From NCBI GenBank assembly GCA_051819785.1, contig JBNJGV010000003.1:1-41486 (forward strand): a DNA stretch of 41,486 nucleotides, written 5' to 3'. This document shows positions 1-8,552 of this stretch, in pieces (position 1 is the first letter of the stretch; each line of letters begins with the position of its first letter). The position numbers and the translations under genes are program-made. Origin of the DNA: Nanobdellota archaeon. Lineage in GTDB: Archaea > Nanobdellota > Nanobdellia > Woesearchaeales > DSVV01. Under the pieces are notes generated by a model. The model was not told the DNA's origin. It did not search any database and saw only the letters and a program-made list of their open reading frames with translations.

Positions 1-8
1 ATGGATAC

Positions 9-563
9 ATGTCTGAATGCCTGGAAATGGAAGGTAGATATATATTTATGGACTTGGGCAAGACGGGCGGGAGATTCATAAACGATACATACAATAGTTC
101 ATATTTGTTGAATGGCTCTGATAAATTAGTCCCTTCCCTTAATGAGGTTAATGCTAAACTTAAAAAAAAATTTAATGAAAGTATAAAAAGATGCATTACT
201 AATTACGTAGGCTATGAAAATATAACGCGCCTAAAACCAGATTACCAATTTGTTTACACAAATACTGGAGTAGAAATTTCTATCAACAACCCGTACAAAG
301 TTGAAACTAATGAAAATACAAAATACAAAGAAACTATACCTGTAAGAATGAATGTGAGAGTTAAGCCGCTTCTAAATATGATTAACCAAACACTTGATGA
401 TTTCAGAGATGAAGGCTACATTTATGAAGACAATTTACTTGCTGAAGAAGGTATCCAAGTATTCATAAAAAAAATAGGAAATGAACGGCTGTGGGTAATT
501 AAAGATAGCAAATCAATAGAATACAACAAGCCATATATCTTTCGTTTTGTTGTAGAAAAATAA
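9..563 (+). CDS. hypothetical protein, Asn/Lys-rich; may be 5'-truncated by the window edge
   Basis: Intact ORF with ATG at 9. The frame stays open back to position 3, so the true start may lie upstream of the window. No recognisable motifs. Confidence 0.45.
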   Translation: MSECLEMEGRYIFMDLGKTGGRFINDTYNSSYLLNGSDKLVPSLNEVNAKLKKKFNESIKRCITNYVGYENITRLKPDYQFVYTNTGVEISINNPYKVETNENTKYKETIPVRMNVRVKPLLNMINQTLDDFRDEGYIYEDNLLAEEGIQVFIKKIGNERLWVIKDSKSIEYNKPYIFRFVVEK

Positions 564-593
564 ATAAGAATTGCTAAGAATGCTCAATTATAA

Positions 594-2168
594 CTAAACG
601 CCGTATCCTTTCCAGATTTCTTTAAAAGAGTGGCTTGTGTCACAAAACTTGCAAATAAACTGATTAGAAATAGCATGAAACTCGGGAACTACACCTTCTA
701 AAAACTCCTCTCTTGAAATGCAGTTTGGATTCTTGCACCTTATCTCTTCAAAGCCATAAATCCTTGGAGGCATATGAAGCCTGTATTTTTCTGCCACCTT
801 GTCTTCCTGGATAACATTCAAAGAACAATCCGGACAAACCGCAGCAAGCCTTTTAAGCACTTTTTCATCAGGCCGCTCTCTATCAGGAAGAACAATTATC
901 CCTTTCATCTCTGAATCACCGGATTTGCCAACACCACAAAAACCAACACCCTGAAGATTAACAACCTTAAGCACCAAATGCAAATGTTTCCATATTTTTT
1001 CAGCAACTTCACCTTTGCAGATATGGTCAATAACAATTCCCTTGCTTATCGGCCTTATACCCACCCTGGGCTCTTTTTTTGCTTTTATTTTGGGATTTAT
1101 TTTTTCAACAAAATCCTCTTTGAAATCATTATCAGATTTACTCTTACCCTTAAAATCCCTTCCTATATTCCCTGAAAGGGCATTCAATAATACAATCCTC
1201 CAGAAATATCCATTAATCGACTGGTTATCATAGCCATTCAGGCTTGTTTCAGCAATAGATAAAGGAATAGTGGGGTTGGCTTTATCAAAAGGCTGAGGAT
1301 GATATAATTTAGTGTTCTCTGGCACCATTTTAATAAATTCTTCTCTGAATGTTACAGCATCCCTTAAGGCCTTTTCTTCTTGTTTTATCTCATCACCCAT
1401 TCGCTCAAGCTGCAATCTTGTAAAATATTGTATAGGGGCTATGTCAGATGAATTATAATATTCATCAAGAGAACTGAACAGCCTAACACTAAAACCCTGG
1501 TGCTTCATAATCTCAAGATAATTCTTTGGCATCTGCAAGATATCCGGAGCAACTAAATCCACTTTCACTGAACTAAAATTTTTCAGCCCGGAAACTTTTG
1601 AATGAACTGTTCTGCCATGAAACAAATCACCTACCAAAGCTATATGAATAAAAGAATTATCCCACTGCATCTGCTCTAAAAAAGTGAATTCATCAAGCTC
1701 CTCTTGGGTGGGATGCTCATGCTTTCCATCCCCGCCATTTACAAAACATGGCCTTTTAAAACCATGACTTTGGGCAAAATTACTTACAGACTCCTCTAAC
1801 CATGTGCAAAGGCCTTCTACCCCACTACGCACAATAAATATCCTATTATTATAACCTGCAAGTGTTTTAATTGTATTATTATAACTCTCCCTTTTGGTTA
1901 AAGATGAAGTTTCAATATCCAGATTACTCAATTTGCTTCTAATAAAAAGAGCAGCATTCTTAAAAGACTCCTTGGTGCGTGTGCTCGGTTCAAAAAAACA
2001 CAAGCAGACACCAATTTCATCACTTAGTTTAAACATATCAACTGAATCGCCAGAAAAAAAAGCTTCTTTCAGTTTTTTGGTTTTTTCAAAAAGATAAAAC
2101 CTTTCATCATAAGACAAATCACTAGATTTAGCAATAGTCCTTCCTTCAAAGACATTTGATTCAGCCAT
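594..2168 (-). CDS. pyrB: aspartate carbamoyltransferase, fused catalytic (PyrB) and regulatory (PyrI) chains
   Basis: The N-terminal ~330 aa carry catalytic-chain motifs: FFEPSTRTKESF (STRTR loop), HPTQ, GDLFHGRTVHS, TRLQLERM and HPQP. The C-terminal ~150 aa carry PyrI motifs: GIVIDHI and the zinc site CKNPNCIS...CKFC. Both parts share one frame with no stop between them. Confidence 0.9.
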   Translation of the reverse strand: MAESNVFEGRTIAKSSDLSYDERFYLFEKTKKLKEAFFSGDSVDMFKLSDEIGVCLCFFEPSTRTKESFKNAALFIRSKLSNLDIETSSLTKRESYNNTIKTLAGYNNRIFIVRSGVEGLCTWLEESVSNFAQSHGFKRPCFVNGGDGKHEHPTQEELDEFTFLEQMQWDNSFIHIALVGDLFHGRTVHSKVSGLKNFSSVKVDLVAPDILQMPKNYLEIMKHQGFSVRLFSSLDEYYNSSDIAPIQYFTRLQLERMGDEIKQEEKALRDAVTFREEFIKMVPENTKLYHPQPFDKANPTIPLSIAETSLNGYDNQSINGYFWRIVLLNALSGNIGRDFKGKSKSDNDFKEDFVEKINPKIKAKKEPRVGIRPISKGIVIDHICKGEVAEKIWKHLHLVLKVVNLQGVGFCGVGKSGDSEMKGIIVLPDRERPDEKVLKRLAAVCPDCSLNVIQEDKVAEKYRLHMPPRIYGFEEIRCKNPNCISREEFLEGVVPEFHAISNQFICKFCDTSHSFKEIWKGYGV

Positions 2169-2204
2169 TAATCTTTTGAAGATAATGAAAATTTATATAT
2201 TTTG

Positions 2205-2870
2205 TTAAAAATCATCCCTGTTATACCCAAGACGAGGATTAAACGACTCAGGAGTAATCTGGGCAACTGGCTTATTCATAAAGTCTGCAACAAAAGCTCT
2301 TACCCTCTTAAGGTCCTTTAAGCAATCGTTTTTATGCTTTTCCAATTCATTATGCCACCATCTGTAAATAAAAGCATCACGCAAGAATCCCAGTTTACTG
2401 TTTTTCCACTCATCTTCTGGGTCAACTTCTAAAGCGCCTCTTAATATAACTTCAACCTTTCCTTTGTTGGCCTTTACTTTCTTTTGCTGATGCATAATTT
2501 CAACATCTTTTATAGCCACACCATGCAAATCAACATCTATATGTTTAAAAGCAAAATTAGTCCCAGTAGGCTTTTTACACCTCCACCAGACCCAATACTC
2601 ACGACCGCCTGACTGCGCCCTTGATTCATAATAGTACTTTTCAGGAAAACCTGCATCAAGATCATCAGCATAACCATCCTCAAAAAGAAAATCATGCAGT
2701 GCAGTATAAAACTCATTTAATACAAAAGTTTCAGTAACCTTAATTTCCATATTAGTAACATGAATAAACATAAATAAATCTTCTTTTGCAATGTATTTAA
2801 ATTTTTTCATTATTTTGTTAGGCTTCAGATAAGCGCGGCTCATTAAGCGGAGAATAACAACAAACTCCAT
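2205..2870 (-). CDS. hypothetical protein, Trp-rich (YWVWWRC, YRWWH)
   Basis: Long ORF with coding-like composition. The start is uncertain: candidate ATGs at 2933, 2870, 2843, 2810 and 2753. The longest version would overlap the divergent GTPase start and its TATA box. No recognised family. Confidence 0.5.
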   Translation of the reverse strand: MEFVVILRLMSRAYLKPNKIMKKFKYIAKEDLFMFIHVTNMEIKVTETFVLNEFYTALHDFLFEDGYADDLDAGFPEKYYYESRAQSGGREYWVWWRCKKPTGTNFAFKHIDVDLHGVAIKDVEIMHQQKKVKANKGKVEVILRGALEVDPEDEWKNSKLGFLRDAFIYRWWHNELEKHKNDCLKDLKRVRAFVADFMNKPVAQITPESFNPRLGYNRDDF

Positions 2871-2902
2871 AGCATAATTTGAAAAAATCTTATACAAAAC
2901 AC

Positions 2903-2910
2903 TTTTATAT
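2903..2910 (+). promoter_or_regulatory. TATA-like box for the GTPase gene (near-leaderless)
   Basis: ttttatat is centred about 25 nt upstream of the ATG at 2932. Confidence 0.4.
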
Positions 2911-2931
2911 CTATTAGTAAACCCAAAATGC

Positions 2932-4131
2932 ATGCAAATTGGAGTTGTAGGAAAAGCAAACGTAGGGAAAAGTACTTTCTTTAAAGCCCTTACTCTTGCA
3001 GATATAGAAATCGCAAATTACCCCTTTGCAACAATAGATCCCAATAAGGGAATAGGTTTTGTAAAAGTAGAATGCGTATGCAAAGAATTTAACACAAAAT
3101 GCAATCCAAGAGAAGGATATTGTACAGGCGAGTATAGGTTTGTTCCTGTTGAAGTGGTTGATGTAGCCGGGCTTGTGCCGGGAGCTCACGAGGGTAAAGG
3201 GATGGGCAATCAATTTCTTGATGACCTAAGGCAGGCAGATTGCCTAATCCATGTAATTGATATATCCGGTAATACAAATGAAAAAGGTGAACCTGTCGAG
3301 CCAGGAAGTTATAACCCTGCAAAAGACATAGAATTTCTCGACCTTGAACTTGACATGTGGTATTTAGGAATTCTAAAAAAAGGCTGGGAAAAGATTTCAA
3401 GGCAAATGCAACAAGAGCAAAGGCCGCCGCATGTTGTGCTGGGTAAACAACTGACAGGACTTGGAATTAACGAAGATATGGTTAAACAAGCAATAAAAAA
3501 GCTTGAGCTTGACCCGGAAAAGCCCGCCTCATGGTCAGAAGAACAACTCAAATCTTTGGCATGCTCTCTACGCAAAAAAAGCAAGCCCATGATTATCGCA
3601 GCAAATAAGGTTGATACCAATACAGGTAAAGAAAATCTTGAAATGCTAAGAAAAAAATTCCCCGAGCATATAATAATTCCCTGCAGTGCAGAATCAGAGC
3701 TCGCTTTAAAAGAGGCTGCAAAAAACAAATGTATTGAATACGTGCCGGGTGAAAGCAATTTCAAAATAAATGAAAAAATAAGCCTGAATGAAAAACAAAG
3801 CGCTGCTCTTGATTTTATAAAAAATAATGTTCTTAAAGAATTTAATGGTACAGGCGTGCAAGAGACTATTGACAGGGCAGTCTTTAAATTACTTGGATAC
3901 ATTGCAGTATTCCCCGGTGGAACAAAAAAACTAGAAGACCAATACGGAAATACTTTGCCTGACTGCTTTTTAGTTCCCGGCTCAAGCACTGCCCTGGATT
4001 TCGCCCATCATATACATACTGACATAGGCAAGGGATTCATAAGAGCTATTGATGTCAAAACTAAAATGACTGTGGGAAAAGAACATCCCCTAAAAAACAG
4101 GGATGTAATAGAAATAATAAGCAAAAGTTAG
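2932..4131 (+). CDS. Obg-family GTPase (YchF/Ygr210-like) with C-terminal TGS domain
   Basis: G1 GKANVGKST, G3 DVAGLVPGA, the Obg-family signature GKGMGNQFLDDLRQAD, G4 NKVD, and a TGS-like C-terminus ALDFAHHIHTDIGKGFIRAIDVKT. Confidence 0.85.
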   Translation: MQIGVVGKANVGKSTFFKALTLADIEIANYPFATIDPNKGIGFVKVECVCKEFNTKCNPREGYCTGEYRFVPVEVVDVAGLVPGAHEGKGMGNQFLDDLRQADCLIHVIDISGNTNEKGEPVEPGSYNPAKDIEFLDLELDMWYLGILKKGWEKISRQMQQEQRPPHVVLGKQLTGLGINEDMVKQAIKKLELDPEKPASWSEEQLKSLACSLRKKSKPMIIAANKVDTNTGKENLEMLRKKFPEHIIIPCSAESELALKEAAKNKCIEYVPGESNFKINEKISLNEKQSAALDFIKNNVLKEFNGTGVQETIDRAVFKLLGYIAVFPGGTKKLEDQYGNTLPDCFLVPGSSTALDFAHHIHTDIGKGFIRAIDVKTKMTVGKEHPLKNRDVIEIISKS

Positions 4132-4180
4132 AAACATCTAATACAATAAATTTTTAAATAATTAAATCCGAAAAAATCAC

Positions 4181-5155
4181 ATGAGTACACTAGCTGATTT
4201 AACTATCATCGCTGTTTCTTCCTTGATTATATTTATTGCAGGAGATAGATTCGCATCAGCCTCGTCTAATATAGGCGAATACTTTAACATGCCAAATTCA
4301 GTAAAAGGAGCAACACTAGATGCAATTTCGAGCTCATCACCTGAAGTTTTAGTTGCTATTTTTTCAGTTGTAGCATTCAAAAGCTTTGAGATAGGGGTTG
4401 GAACAATTGTAGGATCAGCTCTTTTCAATTTATTATTCATTCCTGCGATATGTGTTTTAAGCTCAAAAAGAAGATTTAACCTTGGAAAAGATGTAATTTA
4501 CAGAGATGGTGGGTTTTATTTGCTCTCACTTGTCTTTTTGATGCTGGCACTTCTTTATTCTAAAACATGGGGAATCCCAGTAGCTATTATATTTTTGCTG
4601 GGATATTGCTTATATGTGTATTACATTATTAAAAATACTGAAGAATATTGGCAGGCTCATAAACAAAAGAAAAAAAGCAAAAACATTGACTTAAAAAAAA
4701 ATATAATGTTGGCTCTCACTGGTCTTATTTTTATAGGCATTTCAACTTACTTTCTAACAGGGCATTCTGAACTTTTAGCCGAAAAAATGGGCATACACCC
4801 AGTAATTATTGGTTTTACAGTTGTTGCAATAGCAACATCTCTTCCTGACGGGGTAATATCAGTTGCTGATACAAAAAAAGGGACAAATGACGATGCCATA
4901 TCAAATATGCTTGGCTCTAACATATTTAATATATTTGTAGGCTTAAGCATACCTCTGCTGATTGCAACGATAATGAGAGGTCCAGTCAATATAGGTTTTC
5001 ATAACATAGAAGTTGTAATTGCCTTATTAATAACAACATCATTAATAGTCTACTTGCTTCACAAAAATAATACTATAAATAAAAAAAAGGCTATTTTTTT
5101 CCTTATCGCTTTCGCGGCATTCCAGGCTTACTTTTTCTATTTAGCAATATTTTAG
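4181..5155 (+). CDS. CaCA-family Na+/Ca2+ exchanger (YrbG/NCX-like) membrane protein
   Basis: About 10 hydrophobic segments. Two alpha-repeat signatures, AISSSSPEVLVAI and AIATSLPDGVISV, are separated by a charged loop (HKQKKKSKNIDLKK). Confidence 0.8.
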   Translation: MSTLADLTIIAVSSLIIFIAGDRFASASSNIGEYFNMPNSVKGATLDAISSSSPEVLVAIFSVVAFKSFEIGVGTIVGSALFNLLFIPAICVLSSKRRFNLGKDVIYRDGGFYLLSLVFLMLALLYSKTWGIPVAIIFLLGYCLYVYYIIKNTEEYWQAHKQKKKSKNIDLKKNIMLALTGLIFIGISTYFLTGHSELLAEKMGIHPVIIGFTVVAIATSLPDGVISVADTKKGTNDDAISNMLGSNIFNIFVGLSIPLLIATIMRGPVNIGFHNIEVVIALLITTSLIVYLLHKNNTINKKKAIFFLIAFAAFQAYFFYLAIF

Positions 5156-5156
5156 T

Positions 5157-5537
5157 TCAGGATTTTTTATTGCGCATAAAGCTTTCCGAAAGGTCAATAA
5201 CGTATTTGCCCTCTTCAAGTTTATACACCAGCGGTTTTTCAGAATTAAATAAAGATACCAGATCTACTTCAAATTTACCTGGCTTCATAACCCTTACAGA
5301 TTCAAAATCCAAAACAACAGGTGATTCTGTCTCAGGTTTTACACCTACAATATCAAAGACATCCTTTTCAACCCTTTTTCTATCAGCTTTAGAAAGATTT
5401 TCAACTGCGTCCGTACTTTTCTCAATGTCCTTTTTCTTTACAAAAAAGAAAAGCTTAGCGCCACAACTACAGCCTTTAAGGATTTCCTTTGCGCCATCCT
5501 CGTACATTGCTCCACATCTTACACATTGGTGAGGCAT
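5157..5537 (-). CDS. archaeal Zn-ribbon protein (DUF2072/COG3364-like)
   Basis: MPHQCVRCG...CSCGAKLFFFVKK is a CxxC...CxC ribbon at the N-terminus. The longest ORF begins with TTG at 5591. The first ATG is at 5537, with a tttatatatt box about 30 nt upstream. Confidence 0.65.
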   Translation of the reverse strand: MPHQCVRCGAMYEDGAKEILKGCSCGAKLFFFVKKKDIEKSTDAVENLSKADRKRVEKDVFDIVGVKPETESPVVLDFESVRVMKPGKFEVDLVSLFNSEKPLVYKLEEGKYVIDLSESFMRNKKS

Positions 5538-5625
5538 AATATCACTGAAGGATTTAAGAATATATAAAGTTATTGGATAAGCTCCATTCAAAAAATCTAT
5601 CTAAAAATTTTATTACCATTCAAGA

Positions 5626-6012
5626 ATGTTAAATAAAATTTTAATAATCAACCTCTTGAAAATATATAAAATGAGACACAAAACACACCATCATAAGATG
5701 TTTATTACACTTTTTTTGTTGCTAGTAATGGGAGTAGGCTTTCTCCTTGGAAGAGGAGTGCCTGTAAGTGGCGAGTTCCAGATGATTATGCTTTTTGCTA
5801 ATACAACTTTCCTGGTAATTATTACTCACTTTCTGCTTGAAATATACTCTGGAAACAGAGTGTTAGAAGTAGTAGATGTTACGCCAAAATCAAGAGAGGA
5901 CATAAAACCTCAACGAAGTACAAAAACATCTGCAAGAACTGCTAAAAGAGCCACTAAAAAGTCAACTAAAAAAAAGGCAACAAAGAAGAAGAAATCTTCC
6001 AAAAGAAGATAA
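5626..6012 (+). CDS. small membrane protein with lysine-rich basic C-terminal tail
   Basis: Two hydrophobic helices followed by TKTSARTAKRATKKSTKKKATKKKKSSKRR. The start is uncertain (ATGs at 5626, 5671 and 5698). A TATA-like aaatatataaa at about 5657-5667 favours 5698. Confidence 0.5.
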   Translation: MLNKILIINLLKIYKMRHKTHHHKMFITLFLLLVMGVGFLLGRGVPVSGEFQMIMLFANTTFLVIITHFLLEIYSGNRVLEVVDVTPKSREDIKPQRSTKTSARTAKRATKKSTKKKATKKKKSSKRR

Positions 6013-6104
6013 ACAATTAATTATATTATTTTTTTATTTAAAATTTATATAAACATTTTTCTAAAAAATTTTAATCTATTCAAGAAGAAATTAAAATAAA
6101 AAGC

Positions 6105-6512
6105 TCATTTATTGCTTTTCTTATCAAGACCAACTTGCGCACCATCAAAGCCTGAAGTAAGCAGTTCAATCTTATCAGGGTCTTGCTTAATTTCCTTTAC
6201 AATTGTAGCAGGCCCGATAATCGTAAGCCCTTTTCTGTCACCCAAAAGCATATCAATAAATTTTTTCTTTAGTTTCGCAAAAAAAGGAAGGTTATCCCTG
6301 CTCGGATAAATAACACCTAATTCTATTCCTTTAAAGTCATCATCAATTGCTTCCATTGTCTTTTTAATAAGACTGGTTTCCTCATCCCTTTTGAGTCTCC
6401 CTTCAACTAACAGAATCTTATTCTCCTTAACATTTTTTAGGAGCTTCTTTATCCTTTTATTTGAATCCAAATTTTCAATTTCATGAAAAGGGACATATTG
6501 TAAAGTTAACAT
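6105..6512 (-). CDS. uncharacterised archaeal protein (DUF2073/COG3365-like)
   Basis: Its ATG lies 1 nt after the stop of the upstream GTPase, suggesting translational coupling. The size and the GTPase plus Zn-ribbon context match my recollection of the conserved archaeal neighbourhood. No catalytic motif. Confidence 0.55.
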   Translation of the reverse strand: MLTLQYVPFHEIENLDSNKRIKKLLKNVKENKILLVEGRLKRDEETSLIKKTMEAIDDDFKGIELGVIYPSRDNLPFFAKLKKKFIDMLLGDRKGLTIIGPATIVKEIKQDPDKIELLTSGFDGAQVGLDKKSNK

Positions 6513-6513
6513 T

Positions 6514-7146
6514 TTATTTTACCACATCAAATATTGCTTTATAAAAGTTTTCAACATGACGACCATATTTTGCAGAAACACCCACCACTTTATATTGTGG
6601 GAAAGCTGCTTCTATCCTCTTTTTATTTGCTTTTTTCAAATCTATCTTGTTTGCAACCAATAAAACCGGTATATCCCTGGCCTGAAGATTGCCCACAATA
6701 GTTATATTCACTTGCGAATATGGATCTTTTGTAGCATCAAGGACGATAATTACAATATCCATATCATCAAGCCATTTAATTGAATCTACTATGCCCTTGG
6801 TAGCCTCTTTTGCCCTTTTTTTAGCATCTGGCTCCTTCATACCTTGCTTAAGGAAGTCTTCATAATCAACTTTTGTGGCTATACCGGGTGTATCTACAAG
6901 GTTAAAGGTTATTTCCTTGCCCTTAGACTTCATACTAATCTGTTCTTTAATCTGAATTTCTCTAGTCTCATGAGAAACATTAGAAACCTTTCCCATATTC
7001 TCTCCCAGCCAATCAATACAAATACGATTAGCAAGAGTAGTTTTCCCACCATTAGGGGGACCATATAACCCCAACTTATAATCCTTTTTCTTAATAAAAA
7101 GCCTCTTGACGAAGTTATTAATAAATGACTGGAATGTCTTAAGCAT
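6514..7146 (-). CDS. small GTP-binding protein (Era/MMR_HSR1-like P-loop GTPase)
   Basis: G1 GPPNGGKTT, G3 VDTPG, G4 NKID, G5 VSAK. Confidence 0.8.
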   Translation of the reverse strand: MLKTFQSFINNFVKRLFIKKKDYKLGLYGPPNGGKTTLANRICIDWLGENMGKVSNVSHETREIQIKEQISMKSKGKEITFNLVDTPGIATKVDYEDFLKQGMKEPDAKKRAKEATKGIVDSIKWLDDMDIVIIVLDATKDPYSQVNITIVGNLQARDIPVLLVANKIDLKKANKKRIEAAFPQYKVVGVSAKYGRHVENFYKAIFDVVK

Positions 7147-7219
7147 CTCTATACCCCTCTCTTAAACGGATTAAATGTTTTATTTAAATATTTCGAAAAA
7201 GCCCATCAAAGCAATTTAG

Positions 7220-7240
7220 GTTTCCTTTCTCAAAGGAAAC
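7220..7240 (-). terminator. intergenic hairpin (9-bp stem, 3-nt loop) downstream of the MCM-like gene
   Basis: gtttcctttCTCaaaggaaac is a perfect inverted repeat. On the minus strand it is followed by a T5 run (gggctttttcg) and then the AT-rich promoter region of the GTPase gene. Confidence 0.35.
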
Positions 7241-7289
7241 AATAAGCGCGAGCCAAGACATTATTTTAGAGTAACAACTCTTTTATAAA

Positions 7290-8468
7290 TTATTCTATTT
7301 TTAGTCCTTCATTTACAATCTGTTTTACTAAAGCAATGTCTTCTTTTTTTACCGAATCAGCCAATCTCATCCTGGCAGAAGCCATAGCAAGCCTCAAAAA
7401 ACCAAGCACCAATCTTGGCGAAACCTCAATAAGATAATTATCTTCGTTTTCCTTAATATGTTTTACAAAATCTTGTATCTCTTTTTCAAATTTTTTAGGG
7501 ACTTTAACCTCTTTTTCTTCAGCGAATTTAATATACTCTTTTATAAACTCCCTATCACCCTTTTTAGAGGGTTTTTTTCGGTTAATAATGCTTTGAGTAA
7601 TTTTCATAAATTGCTCTAAATCAGGTTTACGGATAAGAAACACTAAATGGAATCTTGATAAAAGAGCAGGATCGAAGGGTAATTGCTTTTTGAGCCCGTC
7701 AATAGAATGGCTAGTGAATTTGTCACCCTTTGGATTTGCTGTTGCAAGCACCCTCACCCGTGCCTCAAAACGATGATGGGTTCCACCCTTATCATAAGTA
7801 ACAAACCCTTTTTCCATTGCGTTATAAAGAGCTGCCCTTTCTTTTTGGTCCATAAGATTGAGCTCATCAATTGCGCAAACCCCTTGGTCTGCCATTGGTA
7901 AAAGGCCCTTTGTAACTTCTTTTCCTTTTACAGTTATGCTCAGGCCAGCCCCAGTCGTTCCTGAACCCAAGCCAAAACTAGATATATGGTGAAGATCAAC
8001 TGCGTCTCTTAACATATCAGTTTTACCAGTCCCTGGATCCCCCAGTAAAAGAACATGAACCCTTTCAGTCGCAAATAACTGCAAAGAAATAGCCTTCTTT
8101 ATAAGATCAAAACCCTCTATCTTAGACCCTACATAAGCAGGAATCAATTCATGAGCCTTTTTACTAAAGTTCTGAAATTTTTTTGATTTTACCTTCTGCA
8201 AGATTATATTGTTAATCCTTGTTACATAATCAATAATCCTTTTTTCGTTTGTATCTGCATTAAGAGTAAAAAAACACTCTGGCTCGACAAGAGTCTTAGA
8301 AATATCTAAGCAAGACTCTGTAAAGCTTACCTTCTTTTGCCTAACTAAACCAGAGATCTCTGAAATATCTCTTTTATCAATAACCTGTGAGATATTCGAG
8401 AGCGCATCCTTTTGTCCACTTTTGAGAGGCTTAAGCAATCTAACAATATCAATCAATTTTCTGGGCAT
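7290..8468 (-). CDS. MCM-family AAA+ ATPase lacking the canonical N-terminal OB/zinc domain (mini-MCM)
   Basis: Walker A LLLGDPGTGKT; Walker B GVCAIDELNLM; the MCM-type block ALYNAMEKGFVTYDKGGTHHRFEARVRVLATANP; Arg finger LLSRFHLVFL; sensor-2 VSPRLVLGFLRLAMASARM. Only about 125 aa precede the AAA+ core, for 392 aa in total. Confidence 0.75.
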   Translation of the reverse strand: MPRKLIDIVRLLKPLKSGQKDALSNISQVIDKRDISEISGLVRQKKVSFTESCLDISKTLVEPECFFTLNADTNEKRIIDYVTRINNIILQKVKSKKFQNFSKKAHELIPAYVGSKIEGFDLIKKAISLQLFATERVHVLLLGDPGTGKTDMLRDAVDLHHISSFGLGSGTTGAGLSITVKGKEVTKGLLPMADQGVCAIDELNLMDQKERAALYNAMEKGFVTYDKGGTHHRFEARVRVLATANPKGDKFTSHSIDGLKKQLPFDPALLSRFHLVFLIRKPDLEQFMKITQSIINRKKPSKKGDREFIKEYIKFAEEKEVKVPKKFEKEIQDFVKHIKENEDNYLIEVSPRLVLGFLRLAMASARMRLADSVKKEDIALVKQIVNEGLKIE

Positions 8469-8552
8469 AATTGTGTTAAATAGATATAAATATAAAATAT
8501 TTTTCTTTTTAGAAACAAAAAACTTAAATAGTTTTAAAAAAGAATTTTTTTT

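Noticed and set aside
3309-3989. Long antisense ORF (226 aa) and the similar ORFs 2914-3213 and 3089-3400 opposite the Obg-family GTPase
   Set aside because: The sense strand encodes a motif-rich GTPase. The antisense translations are low-complexity (Ser/Phe/Leu-rich), as is typical of shadow frames in AT-rich DNA.
5538-5591. N-terminal extensions of several track ORFs (for example 5591, 9085, 14344, 15597, 19355, 24014, 36076, 37546, 38253, 38456 and 39617)
   Set aside because: These longest-ORF starts are TTG or GTG codons. In each case an in-frame ATG lies shortly downstream with better TATA spacing or tight coupling to the upstream stop, so I used the ATG.
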